Source: a virus
DNA length: 64,000 bases
Reading direction: 5' to 3' (one strand)
IMG/VR virus record: IMGVR_UViG_3300011113_000747
Coordinates: 96,001-160,000 of that record
The position numbers and the translations under genes are program-made. The notes below the pieces were generated by a model. It saw nothing but the letters and a program-made list of their open reading frames with translations, made no database searches and was not told the DNA's origin. Positions 29,821 to 38,927 of this stretch are shown piece after piece (position 1 is the stretch's first letter; each line of letters opens with the position of its first letter).

Positions 29821-30459
29821 ATGCCAGCAAAATCAGAAAAACAACGCAAATTCTTCGGCGCAGTAATGGGTGCTAAAAAGGGTAAAGGTAGTAAGGTAAA
29901 AGGTGCTGCTAAAAAGGTAGCTAAAGAAATGCCTGAAAAAGAGATTAAAAAGTTTCTTAAGAAAGAATCTTATGATGACCTCGTAAATGAATATCTTAAA
30001 ACCTACCTTCTTGAGATGGACGTAAGACAAGATCCAAGAGAAGGTTTTGATGGTGATCCATTTGTTGACCCAACTGAAGATATGGGTGAAGGTAAAATGT
30101 CGGTTGAAGAAATGCGTGAAGTTGTAGCAAGAGAAGCTGGTGAAGAAGAAGCTGCTGCAATGTCAGATAACGAAATTCAACGATATTATTATGCTGTTGT
30201 TGGTGTACCAGAAGGTAATATTACACCACAAGAAATGTATGATGTGGTAGCAGCAGAAGTTGGTGAACAAAAAGCATCAATGATGTCTGGTGAAGAAATT
30301 AAACAATATTACTATGATGTTGTTGGTTCTTACCCACCAGATGAAGATTACGAAGAAGAGTGTGAAAGCGCTAAGCAGGGTTGTGATTGTGGTGGATGCC
30401 CTGCATGCAGCAAAAACGATGAAAATAAGATGCTTAAATTTTACGGTTTCTCAAAATGA
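29821..30459 (+). CDS. late protein: basic N-module, acidic 41-aa duplication, Cys cluster
   Basis: MPAKSEKQRKFFGAVMGAKKG; tandem repeat; CDCGGCPAC; TAAATA 5 nt upstream. Confidence 0.6.
   Translation: MPAKSEKQRKFFGAVMGAKKGKGSKVKGAAKKVAKEMPEKEIKKFLKKESYDDLVNEYLKTYLLEMDVRQDPREGFDGDPFVDPTEDMGEGKMSVEEMREVVAREAGEEEAAAMSDNEIQRYYYAVVGVPEGNITPQEMYDVVAAEVGEQKASMMSGEEIKQYYYDVVGSYPPDEDYEEECESAKQGCDCGGCPACSKNDENKMLKFYGFSK
30091..30336 (+). repeat. two imperfect 41-aa (123 bp) tandem repeats
   Basis: GKMSVEEMREVVAREAG...YYYAVVGVPE / GNITPQEMYDVVAAEVG...YYYDVVGSYP. Confidence 0.8.
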
Positions 30460-30833
30460 AAGATTATAACAATACATTCACTAAGTTAATGGAGCAATAT
30501 GCTGGTGAGTCTCCATATACAAGAGAAGAGCTTGAAGGTCTTATCGCCGATTTAAGTGCAATGGTGAACAACCCTGCAGTTAAACTAACAAAAGATCAAG
30601 TTGTTGCTAAACTTAAAGGTTATATTAATATGCTTAATGATACACCTGAAAATAAGCTTGATATGGAATATCTAGCTAGAGGTACAGGTGAACCAGTAAT
30701 GGAAGCAAAGCAAAAAAAAACTAAGAAAGACGCTTGCTACCATAAAGCAAAAGCTAAGTATGATGTTTTTCCAAGTGCTTATGCTAGTGGGTATATCTCC
30801 AAATGCCGTAAGCGTAAAGGTAAAATAAAATGA
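30456..30833 (+). CDS. late protein with basic C-terminal domain
   Basis: MKDYNNTFTKLMEQ; after VMEA: KDACYHKAKAKYDVFPSAYASGYISKCRK. Confidence 0.6.
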   Translation: MKDYNNTFTKLMEQYAGESPYTREELEGLIADLSAMVNNPAVKLTKDQVVAKLKGYINMLNDTPENKLDMEYLARGTGEPVMEAKQKKTKKDACYHKAKAKYDVFPSAYASGYISKCRKRKGKIK

Positions 30834-31084
30834 TTACGTTTGCTGAATTTTTTACTGAGAATCTTCGCGATTGGTTCAAATCACATCGCGATCCTAAAAC
30901 TGGTAAAAAATTCAAAGGGTGGATTAATTGTAAAACAGGAGGCCCTTGTGGTAGAAATAATACTAATAAAGGGTCTTACCCTGCATGTAGACCTACTAGA
31001 CAGCAGTGTAAAAAAATAAAAGGTAAGATGTATAAGAAAAAAGGACCAAAACGTGTCCAATGGAAGAGTAAGAAGAAAGACTAG
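30830..31084 (+). CDS. small basic Cys-containing late protein
   Basis: MITFAEFFTE then LRDWF...CGR...YPACRP, very K-rich. Confidence 0.6.
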   Translation: MITFAEFFTENLRDWFKSHRDPKTGKKFKGWINCKTGGPCGRNNTNKGSYPACRPTRQQCKKIKGKMYKKKGPKRVQWKSKKKD

Positions 31085-31088
31085 TCAT

Positions 31089-31094
31089 TAAATA
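31089..31094 (+). promoter_or_regulatory. late promoter TAAATA
   Basis: 6 nt before gp25 ATG. Confidence 0.7.
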
Positions 31095-31100
31095 ATATAA

Positions 31101-31595
31101 ATGGCAGTCAAATTAGACTTTTTACAACCTAGTGATTTTTCGAGGAATCTCGCAGATAATACTTACCTGTTTAAAGATCTTGCTCTTGACCTTGAACTGG
31201 AATATGCTAATACAGTTGAGCTTTTATCTCAACCTACGTTTAACGATGCAAAAGCAATATATGATACTGAATCAGTATTACAATCGTTACGTAATATTTT
31301 TAACACCCTACCAGGACAAAAAATTCTAAATCCAACTTTTGGTTTAGACTTAAGAAGTTTTTTATTTAACCAGGCAAACAATAGAACAGGGTATGTTTTA
31401 GCTTTAACTATAAGTAAGCAGTTACCTATATTGGAACCTAGAATTTCAATCACTAGTGTGGATGTTGATGTGTTTCCTGATGATCTTACATATGAAGTAA
31501 ACATTTTTTTCAGGATCCCAAGCTTAGAAACCACACCATCTAAGCCACTAAATATTAAGGTTCAATTTAACAAAAACGGATTTACAATTGTATGA
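31101..31595 (+). CDS. baseplate wedge protein (gp25-like)
   Basis: QSLRNIFNTLPGQKILNPTFGLDL...EPRI motif. Confidence 0.9.
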   Translation: MAVKLDFLQPSDFSRNLADNTYLFKDLALDLELEYANTVELLSQPTFNDAKAIYDTESVLQSLRNIFNTLPGQKILNPTFGLDLRSFLFNQANNRTGYVLALTISKQLPILEPRISITSVDVDVFPDDLTYEVNIFFRIPSLETTPSKPLNIKVQFNKNGFTIV

Positions 31596-33418
31596 GTACC
31601 AATTTTACAGATTATTCTTTACCAAAAACAGCTTATGCTGCATTTGATGCAACAAGCTTGAGACAGCTTATTATCGATAGGCTTAATGAAAATAGCATTT
31701 TTAAAGATCAAAATTTTGAAGGAAGTAATATTAGCGCTGTCATTGATTTGGTAGCATATATGTATCATGTCCTATTGTTTTATCTCAACCAGACATCTGC
31801 AGAAACTCTTTTTTCTCAAACTACATTGTTTGAAAATATGAACAAAATTGTAAGTTTGCTAAACTACAAACCTATAGGTGATCAAACAAGTATAGTAAGT
31901 TTCAATACAACCTGTAAACCAGAAATACCAACTGGTCAATATACAATTCCAAAATTTAGTTATCTTAATACTGGTGGTAAAAGTTTTGCATTACTTGATG
32001 ATCTTATTTTTGAAAAAACAAATTCAGATACCGAGATTGTAACAACAAGTACAAGTGTTCTATATCAAGGTAAAATTACAGAAAATCCTCCATATATTGC
32101 AACTGGTGAGGATTTTGAAACAGTATTCATTACATTTGTAAATCGTGTATCTGAAACAACAGAAACACAAAATGAAAAATTCATTTCAGATAATTCATTT
32201 AGAGTATTTGTTAGGGAAGTTGACACTGGAATATGGCATGAATATGAAGAAACATCATCTTTATATCTCATTAACAATGTTGGTCGCTTTTATGAAAAGA
32301 GATTAAATGATCAAAATCAGTATGAATTTAAATTTGGTAATGATGTCAATGGTCGTAAGCTAGTAGAAGGTGATGTAGTTGGTATTTACTATATTATATC
32401 TGATGGACCTTCAGGTGAAATAACACCAAATTCTTTAACAGGTATTATCACCTATTTTCAATCTGTACAATTCAACTCAATTAAAGAGTACATTTACGCA
32501 AATGAAAATTTATTACCTCAAAACTTACTTAGTTTTGTTGAATTTAATAATGAGTTTGAATCAATTAAAGTCAAAGAACGTGAATCTGTAGATGAAATCA
32601 GAAACAACGTACCGAAACTATTTTCATCACAAAATAGAGCAGTTACCTTAAACGACTACACACAATACGTGGATAAAAATTACTCTGATATTATTGCTTC
32701 AGCAAAATCTATTAACAATAATACATACGTCAATAATTATCTGAGATATTATTATAGTTTGGGTTTATCATCTCCGAATAGAGATCCAAGCGTATTGCTA
32801 AATCAGGTAAACTTCATGACATCCACAAACTTCAACAACATTTATATGTTTGTGGTTCCTAAGTTTGGTATTACAAGAAATGAGCAATTCCCAACATCTC
32901 TTAGTGCTGGCCAGAAATTATTAATTGTAAACGAGCTTAATAAAATTAAATCAGCCACTCATCAAATAGTACCGATGGATCCGATTTATAAAGCATTTGC
33001 ATTTGGTGTATTGTTACAAAGTGAATTACCATTTTATCAGATAAAGGATACATCATATCTTGTTTTAAAAAGATCAGTTCTTTCTAATCTCAACAAAGAA
33101 AAGATTAAGTCACTAGCAACAGCTGTTGTGCAAGATTTTTTTGATATTAGTAATAATTCGTTAGGGATGTCTATTGATTTGAGTGTTCTCACTAATTCTC
33201 TTTTATCTATTGAAGGTGTTACTGGTGTTTTAACCCGTAGGGTATCAAATGGTCAGACCCGCGAAGTGCCATATATTAGTATGGTTGTATGGAACCCAAA
33301 TTACCCTACTGCTGATGTACAACTTATATCTCAAAGTTTAGTTTTACAGGATTTTGAATTCCCATTTTTACAACAACAATCCTTAATTTCTACACACATT
33401 ATAGTAGAAGATGAATAA
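31592..33418 (+). CDS. baseplate wedge subunit (gp6-like)
   Basis: FDATSLRQLI...FKDQNFEGSNIS..ID; RESVDEIR.N.PK.FSSQNRAVT..DY. Confidence 0.85.
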   Translation: MSTNFTDYSLPKTAYAAFDATSLRQLIIDRLNENSIFKDQNFEGSNISAVIDLVAYMYHVLLFYLNQTSAETLFSQTTLFENMNKIVSLLNYKPIGDQTSIVSFNTTCKPEIPTGQYTIPKFSYLNTGGKSFALLDDLIFEKTNSDTEIVTTSTSVLYQGKITENPPYIATGEDFETVFITFVNRVSETTETQNEKFISDNSFRVFVREVDTGIWHEYEETSSLYLINNVGRFYEKRLNDQNQYEFKFGNDVNGRKLVEGDVVGIYYIISDGPSGEITPNSLTGIITYFQSVQFNSIKEYIYANENLLPQNLLSFVEFNNEFESIKVKERESVDEIRNNVPKLFSSQNRAVTLNDYTQYVDKNYSDIIASAKSINNNTYVNNYLRYYYSLGLSSPNRDPSVLLNQVNFMTSTNFNNIYMFVVPKFGITRNEQFPTSLSAGQKLLIVNELNKIKSATHQIVPMDPIYKAFAFGVLLQSELPFYQIKDTSYLVLKRSVLSNLNKEKIKSLATAVVQDFFDISNNSLGMSIDLSVLTNSLLSIEGVTGVLTRRVSNGQTREVPYISMVVWNPNYPTADVQLISQSLVLQDFEFPFLQQQSLISTHIIVEDE

Positions 33419-35675
33419 TATTACTGTTGAAATTTTTACAAAAGACTACAAGAACACAGTAGGTGTTCTTTCTGGTTATACATTGCCTATTACCCCATTT
33501 TATTTTGAGGCTAATTACCAAGTAGCTGTTATACCAGGTCAAGGTGGGTTTAGTTATATTACAACTGAAGAAACACCAACTGAGTATATAATTACAGAAA
33601 CATTAGATACGTTAATAACAGAAATTGTTAATGCTGGTATTGTTTCAAATAAAAGAGTTGTGTGGGATTTTGGTGATGGTACATACTCAGCTGAATTAAC
33701 TGGAATACATTATTACAAAAATCCAGGTGTATATACAGTTAACTCCTATTTCTTTGACGCGACAGGTGGTGTGTATAAAAACACAACAACACCAACAATT
33801 ACCTGTTTCAATTTTATACAAGATACTTTCAATGTCGACATTTCTAGCAGCTATATTTCATCATCTAAATATACACTTTCAGCAGCTAAAATTACCAATC
33901 CATTTTCTATAACATCACAGAGTTCTTGGCAAGATGTTATTTCAAGTAATAATTATGCTACGACATTTGGTCTTAATCTCTTAAGTGGTACAACAAACTA
34001 TTTTACTCAGAAATTAGATACAAATAAATACGGACATCTCTACCCTTATTCATCTTTTTATGATATTGATGATGATGGATTATATTATCAAATACAGGAT
34101 ATTACAATTGAAAGAACACCTATATATTGTGCTCTTTCTGGAGATTTGTTGTACATAACCACTAGCGAAAACCCAGTAAGTATTTTTTGTGGTGTAAGTG
34201 GTGTTAAAAATGTTTATGTTAAAGATGATAAACCTGGTGATAGACAAATAGTTGTTTATAGTAAAAATATTACGGAAAATAACACCCCTCCAATCATATT
34301 TAACGCTCAATTTTTACCAGCTACTGTAGCTGAATTAGCTTTTTCAAGTAATGGTATTACAGGTGAAGGTGCACCGAATACAGCATTTGATATTGATAGT
34401 ATAAAATATGTTGGACAAAAAATTAACTTTGTTGTAACACTTAAAGACCCTGACTATTTTACAGTTAAAAATTTCTCTAACTTATACATGGGTAGTCTCA
34501 CCGGACTACCAGGTATTAATATATTACCCACAAGAAGTGATGGTGTTATAGATACAACACTTGGTACCATTTCAAGTAATTTTACCTACCTATCATCTAT
34601 AACAGGTGGTTATTTTAGAGGTATTTTTGTGCCAGCAGTTACAGCTGAAAACATATATCTTCAAGCAATAACAGTTTCAACATCTGGTCAATATTTAGCG
34701 TTAGATGATACAATTACATTTTTAACGTTAGATTACCCACTCACATTACTCACATTAGATGATTATTCAACAACAGATGTTGTATCGGGTAGAAGTAATT
34801 CCTTTTCTGTTTACCCTTCTGGTGGTAAATATAATATTGCAAAAATTAATGAAGATTTTGATTTTGGTGGTACATTTAATAAGCTAAGATATCAAGAATT
34901 TTTATTCGATAGCCCTGTATTGTTTAATGAGTTTTTTGGTACCGTTTATGGTGGGGCATCTGCAGAGCCAACTGCACCAGGTAAAACCATTTATGAAAAA
35001 ATAGCTAACTTTACATCTAACCAAGCAGATGTTTACAGAAGTAACTTACAATCATTACTTTCTATAAATGCAATGTTAGATGGAAAAGCTAACACCTATG
35101 AAACTACAAATTTTTCATCACCAAGTAAAATTAAAAGATTGGTAGATATTTTCAGTATAAACCACTCAAGATTGTGGGGATCTACAAATACATTCAATGA
35201 AAACTTTGATAGTTTATTCAATATTGATACATCAATATACGGTACTAACTTAGGTGATAAATTAGATTTTTATACCACTGTTTTAACATCTGGGTATGAC
35301 AATTGGATAGTAGCATTAGAAAGATTTAGCAACACATATATAAAATGCAATACATTTATATCTCTTCTTTCTACCACAACAATTGATGCTGGTCTCTCAA
35401 CTTATGCATTAAGTTCATATAATGATACATGGGGATGGAACTTAGTATTAGGTGCAGGCTTAACAGGTGCAGATATTACTAAATATTACGATTTCTACCA
35501 ATTTATTAATACACCAGAAGGTACACATTACAATAACGTTATTAACTTTAGCGATCCATACACTACTATTTCATATTCCAATTCTTCTTATAAAGATTGG
35601 TCTAAAAATGGAGGTATTATAGATGAAATGCTAATGCATACTCTATATACTGGTACTAATGTACTATCCTCATAA
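33411..35675 (+). CDS. baseplate wedge-associated protein with PKD domain
   Basis: VWDFGDGT...HYYKNPGVYTV PKD motif; follows gp6. Confidence 0.55.
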   Translation: MNNITVEIFTKDYKNTVGVLSGYTLPITPFYFEANYQVAVIPGQGGFSYITTEETPTEYIITETLDTLITEIVNAGIVSNKRVVWDFGDGTYSAELTGIHYYKNPGVYTVNSYFFDATGGVYKNTTTPTITCFNFIQDTFNVDISSSYISSSKYTLSAAKITNPFSITSQSSWQDVISSNNYATTFGLNLLSGTTNYFTQKLDTNKYGHLYPYSSFYDIDDDGLYYQIQDITIERTPIYCALSGDLLYITTSENPVSIFCGVSGVKNVYVKDDKPGDRQIVVYSKNITENNTPPIIFNAQFLPATVAELAFSSNGITGEGAPNTAFDIDSIKYVGQKINFVVTLKDPDYFTVKNFSNLYMGSLTGLPGINILPTRSDGVIDTTLGTISSNFTYLSSITGGYFRGIFVPAVTAENIYLQAITVSTSGQYLALDDTITFLTLDYPLTLLTLDDYSTTDVVSGRSNSFSVYPSGGKYNIAKINEDFDFGGTFNKLRYQEFLFDSPVLFNEFFGTVYGGASAEPTAPGKTIYEKIANFTSNQADVYRSNLQSLLSINAMLDGKANTYETTNFSSPSKIKRLVDIFSINHSRLWGSTNTFNENFDSLFNIDTSIYGTNLGDKLDFYTTVLTSGYDNWIVALERFSNTYIKCNTFISLLSTTTIDAGLSTYALSSYNDTWGWNLVLGAGLTGADITKYYDFYQFINTPEGTHYNNVINFSDPYTTISYSNSSYKDWSKNGGIIDEMLMHTLYTGTNVLSS

Positions 35676-35688
35676 GTAATTTCCATAC

Positions 35689-35694
35689 TAAATA
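35689..35694 (+). promoter_or_regulatory. late promoter TAAATA
   Basis: 7 nt before ATG 35702. Confidence 0.65.
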
Positions 35695-35701
35695 TAGATA
35701 G

Positions 35702-38383
35702 ATGGAAAAGCTGTTAACATTCGAATTTGAAGAGGTTCAAAACTCTATTGTAACTCCTGATAGTTTATCATATGGAGACTTACTGCAACCTTATTCGTTT
35801 TTAGAATTTCTTAAAAATACTAGTAATAACTACACACCTAAAGTATATAACGAATTTTATATTGAATATCTCAAAAGATGGGGCAATGTAAAAAATGACA
35901 TTATTATCACAGATCAGCAGATTATTTCATCTCAATACACTGATTTACTTAAAGACATTACTCTTAATTATTCAACTTTAGAAGAGCGTAGATTTCTTGC
36001 TAACATTGATTTTAGTGATCCTGAAGATCTTGAGATTGCAATACCTTTTTTTGTTCGCAAAATTAAAGATATTACATTACTTTACAAATCTTCGAGAGAT
36101 CAGCTTACTTTTCAAATTGAAAAAAATAAGAGAAAAGGCACACCTAATAGTATTGAAGTAGCTATACGACAGAATATTATTGAGTTTTTGTTTAATAATG
36201 AGAGATTTTCTTCACTTAACATACCACTATCTACAGTACAGTCAGAAATAAAGATTGAAATTGAAGATTTGGTAGATACCTTTCAATCTTACTTTAACCT
36301 AAAATCCACACCACCAGATTATGGAGGTACATTAAGACAAGAGTTTTATAGCGCTAACGTAAATGACGTTGACTATGCTAACTATATTGATCTTGAGGAG
36401 TTTTTAAAAACTAATGTATTTAATAATACATTTTTAACAGAACTCGGAAAGAGCTTTACTATCAATGTTGATCTTACATATGATGCTGTTTGTGATCCAC
36501 AAAACCCTATAGGAGATTTCTTAGAAGAACAAACTGTTGGTGGTGTCACCCCTCAAGATTATAATGCACTAAGAGGTGATTTAGTGAGACGTATTATTGG
36601 TGTTGATTATTATTTTATTACAAAAAATAACGACGGTGAAATTGCAACAGGTATATTATTTGAAGCTTCCAATCCTGTAGGTAACCTACTTAACGTTGAT
36701 ACAGCATCAACTGCGTCTGTATTATCTGATGAATTAACTTCACTTAAAAAAATCGGTCTCTATTTTGCACCTGAGAAACAAAGTATAATTAGACTCAATA
36801 AAACCGAAAATAAGTATGAGATTGATACAGATAATTTAGAAGAGGGTGTAACATATGTATATCCTGATCCTTCATTATATGGTAAGGGTTATGATTCCAC
36901 ATATCCTTTAATATTTTACTATAATAATTCATCAGTTTATAGAAATTCATCTAACGCGTTTGCTTTTGGTGATCCCAAACTATCACCAAGAGATCAAAAC
37001 TATTATGCCTATTACTCACGTGAGCAAACATTTGAAACAGAAAATATAAACGAAAATAACTTCAATAATGCATTTTCACTGTTATATAACAGTGGTTATG
37101 TTCAAGATTGGAAACAAGACGTTTATGGTAATGAATATGGTCTTTTTAAAGATCAATATGGTGAATATTACAAAGGTAGGTATAGCTTTACTGAAATAGT
37201 AGATACTGGATCTGTAGTAAAATACTTACCTTTTAACGGTTGGTTATACAATGACCCTGTTAGTGGTTATTCCTTTAACTACAGTGAAAGTGGTAAATAT
37301 ATAGGTTTTGATGATGTGTACAAATCTGGTATTTCATTATCTGGGGGTAATTTTACCTCTAATGATGTTGATCAGTATTTGAATTTTAGATCCTTTACAC
37401 CATACCAAGACATACCTCTTAAGTTCAATCTTTATCCAGAATATGGTTCAGCTGATCTATTAAGGTCTATACCTCTTGAATCATCCAAAACTCAGGTTAG
37501 TACTACATCAGGTGTTAGCGCAACAACTACAATAACTAGCAGGATGCTTAAACCTGGTACAATCTATGTTAAAGATGTTATAACAGGTAATATATCTCCT
37601 ATATCTAGTGCGTTAACAACAACATTTAGTAAATATCCTTCTGCAGTTGAAAATGAGGTTTATACATCGTGCATAACATTAGATATGTTTTATGATACTA
37701 TTATAGTAAGGACACCTTCATATCTAGTTTTTGATAAAATAAACTATAATGAAACTGGATTTATAAATCCTAATACATTTAACATTTACTTAACTTCAAA
37801 TCCATCTAGGTGTGGTAAATTTAGTAACTTGTTTTTTGAATCAAGTCTCAATTCTGTATTTTTCTTCAATACCACAACACTTGGTACGTTGAGTACTGAT
37901 AATTACAAAATTATATATCCTGAAATTTACTATTTTGATATCGATAAACATCGACTTAAGAAAATTTTTCCAGAAGGTGTTTCAACTATTCAAGCTCTTT
38001 CTAGTAACTTTAGCTTATTTGGTGTTATAAGTGCAACTAACATAGTGGAATTTTCTTGTGAAAAGATTTCATATAATAAATCCAACGATATGTTTGTAAT
38101 AAACTACATTGGATATGATAGTAATAAATCACCATATCTATTCGATCATAAATTTAGGTATGATGGTGAAACTATTGAGTTTAAATATTCGAATGTTTAT
38201 GCCACAGACTCATTTAAACAAACGTCTAATTTCCACACACTAACATCAGATACAGAGTTTATAGGTGAGGTTTCAAATACTGGTGTTATTGCATACACCT
38301 CATTTTCATATAATTTCGACGTAAGTTCATCACAAATTTTAGGGCTCACGCTAAATAGAGAAGGGGGATATCTACAGTTTTAA
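35702..38383 (+). CDS. large baseplate/virion structural protein (gp7-like)
   Basis: 893 aa; K..KGTP.SIE pattern; TAAATA 7 nt upstream; context. Confidence 0.45.
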   Translation: MEKLLTFEFEEVQNSIVTPDSLSYGDLLQPYSFLEFLKNTSNNYTPKVYNEFYIEYLKRWGNVKNDIIITDQQIISSQYTDLLKDITLNYSTLEERRFLANIDFSDPEDLEIAIPFFVRKIKDITLLYKSSRDQLTFQIEKNKRKGTPNSIEVAIRQNIIEFLFNNERFSSLNIPLSTVQSEIKIEIEDLVDTFQSYFNLKSTPPDYGGTLRQEFYSANVNDVDYANYIDLEEFLKTNVFNNTFLTELGKSFTINVDLTYDAVCDPQNPIGDFLEEQTVGGVTPQDYNALRGDLVRRIIGVDYYFITKNNDGEIATGILFEASNPVGNLLNVDTASTASVLSDELTSLKKIGLYFAPEKQSIIRLNKTENKYEIDTDNLEEGVTYVYPDPSLYGKGYDSTYPLIFYYNNSSVYRNSSNAFAFGDPKLSPRDQNYYAYYSREQTFETENINENNFNNAFSLLYNSGYVQDWKQDVYGNEYGLFKDQYGEYYKGRYSFTEIVDTGSVVKYLPFNGWLYNDPVSGYSFNYSESGKYIGFDDVYKSGISLSGGNFTSNDVDQYLNFRSFTPYQDIPLKFNLYPEYGSADLLRSIPLESSKTQVSTTSGVSATTTITSRMLKPGTIYVKDVITGNISPISSALTTTFSKYPSAVENEVYTSCITLDMFYDTIIVRTPSYLVFDKINYNETGFINPNTFNIYLTSNPSRCGKFSNLFFESSLNSVFFFNTTTLGTLSTDNYKIIYPEIYYFDIDKHRLKKIFPEGVSTIQALSSNFSLFGVISATNIVEFSCEKISYNKSNDMFVINYIGYDSNKSPYLFDHKFRYDGETIEFKYSNVYATDSFKQTSNFHTLTSDTEFIGEVSNTGVIAYTSFSYNFDVSSSQILGLTLNREGGYLQF

Positions 38384-38919
38384 TGACAACAATTACACAA
38401 ACAATTTCAACCAACCCATATATTTCCGAAGGTGATTACTTTATTTTATACGATGAAATTACCATCAAAGGTGGTACATCTATCAAATTAGATCTACTTA
38501 ATGTGGATGAATCTATATTTAAGGTAAAATATCTCAATATTGATTGGGGAGATGGTACTACAGAAAAACATAGATTTAATATTTTTCTAGATTATTACAA
38601 TGAGTCTATCATACCAGAAGTTTTATACAATAAACAAGGATCAGTATGTTTAGAATATACACATAGTTTTAACTCAGATCAATCAGCATATTTTACTCTA
38701 TATTATATTAGTGTCACTATGCTTTATTTTAACGGTACTGTAGGTAAAGTCACAATACCAGTAAAAGTTTCAAAACCATCGATGTATGATAGAGTTGGTG
38801 AGCTGAAATTAATTAATAATCAAATATTACCTCTTTCATCTTCAAATACACTTCTCAATATTCAAACCGAAAAAGAGTTTTTTGTGATACCAATGATCAC
38901 CAACGCAACTAACAATTAA
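38383..38919 (+). CDS. virion protein with PKD-like strand motif
   Basis: IDWGDGT motif; TAATG coupling. Confidence 0.45.
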   Translation: MTTITQTISTNPYISEGDYFILYDEITIKGGTSIKLDLLNVDESIFKVKYLNIDWGDGTTEKHRFNIFLDYYNESIIPEVLYNKQGSVCLEYTHSFNSDQSAYFTLYYISVTMLYFNGTVGKVTIPVKVSKPSMYDRVGELKLINNQILPLSSSNTLLNIQTEKEFFVIPMITNATNN

Positions 38920-38922
38920 ATA
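38917..38922 (+). promoter_or_regulatory. late promoter TAAATA
   Basis: 5 nt before ATG 38928. Confidence 0.7.
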
Positions 38923-38927
38923 TTAAT

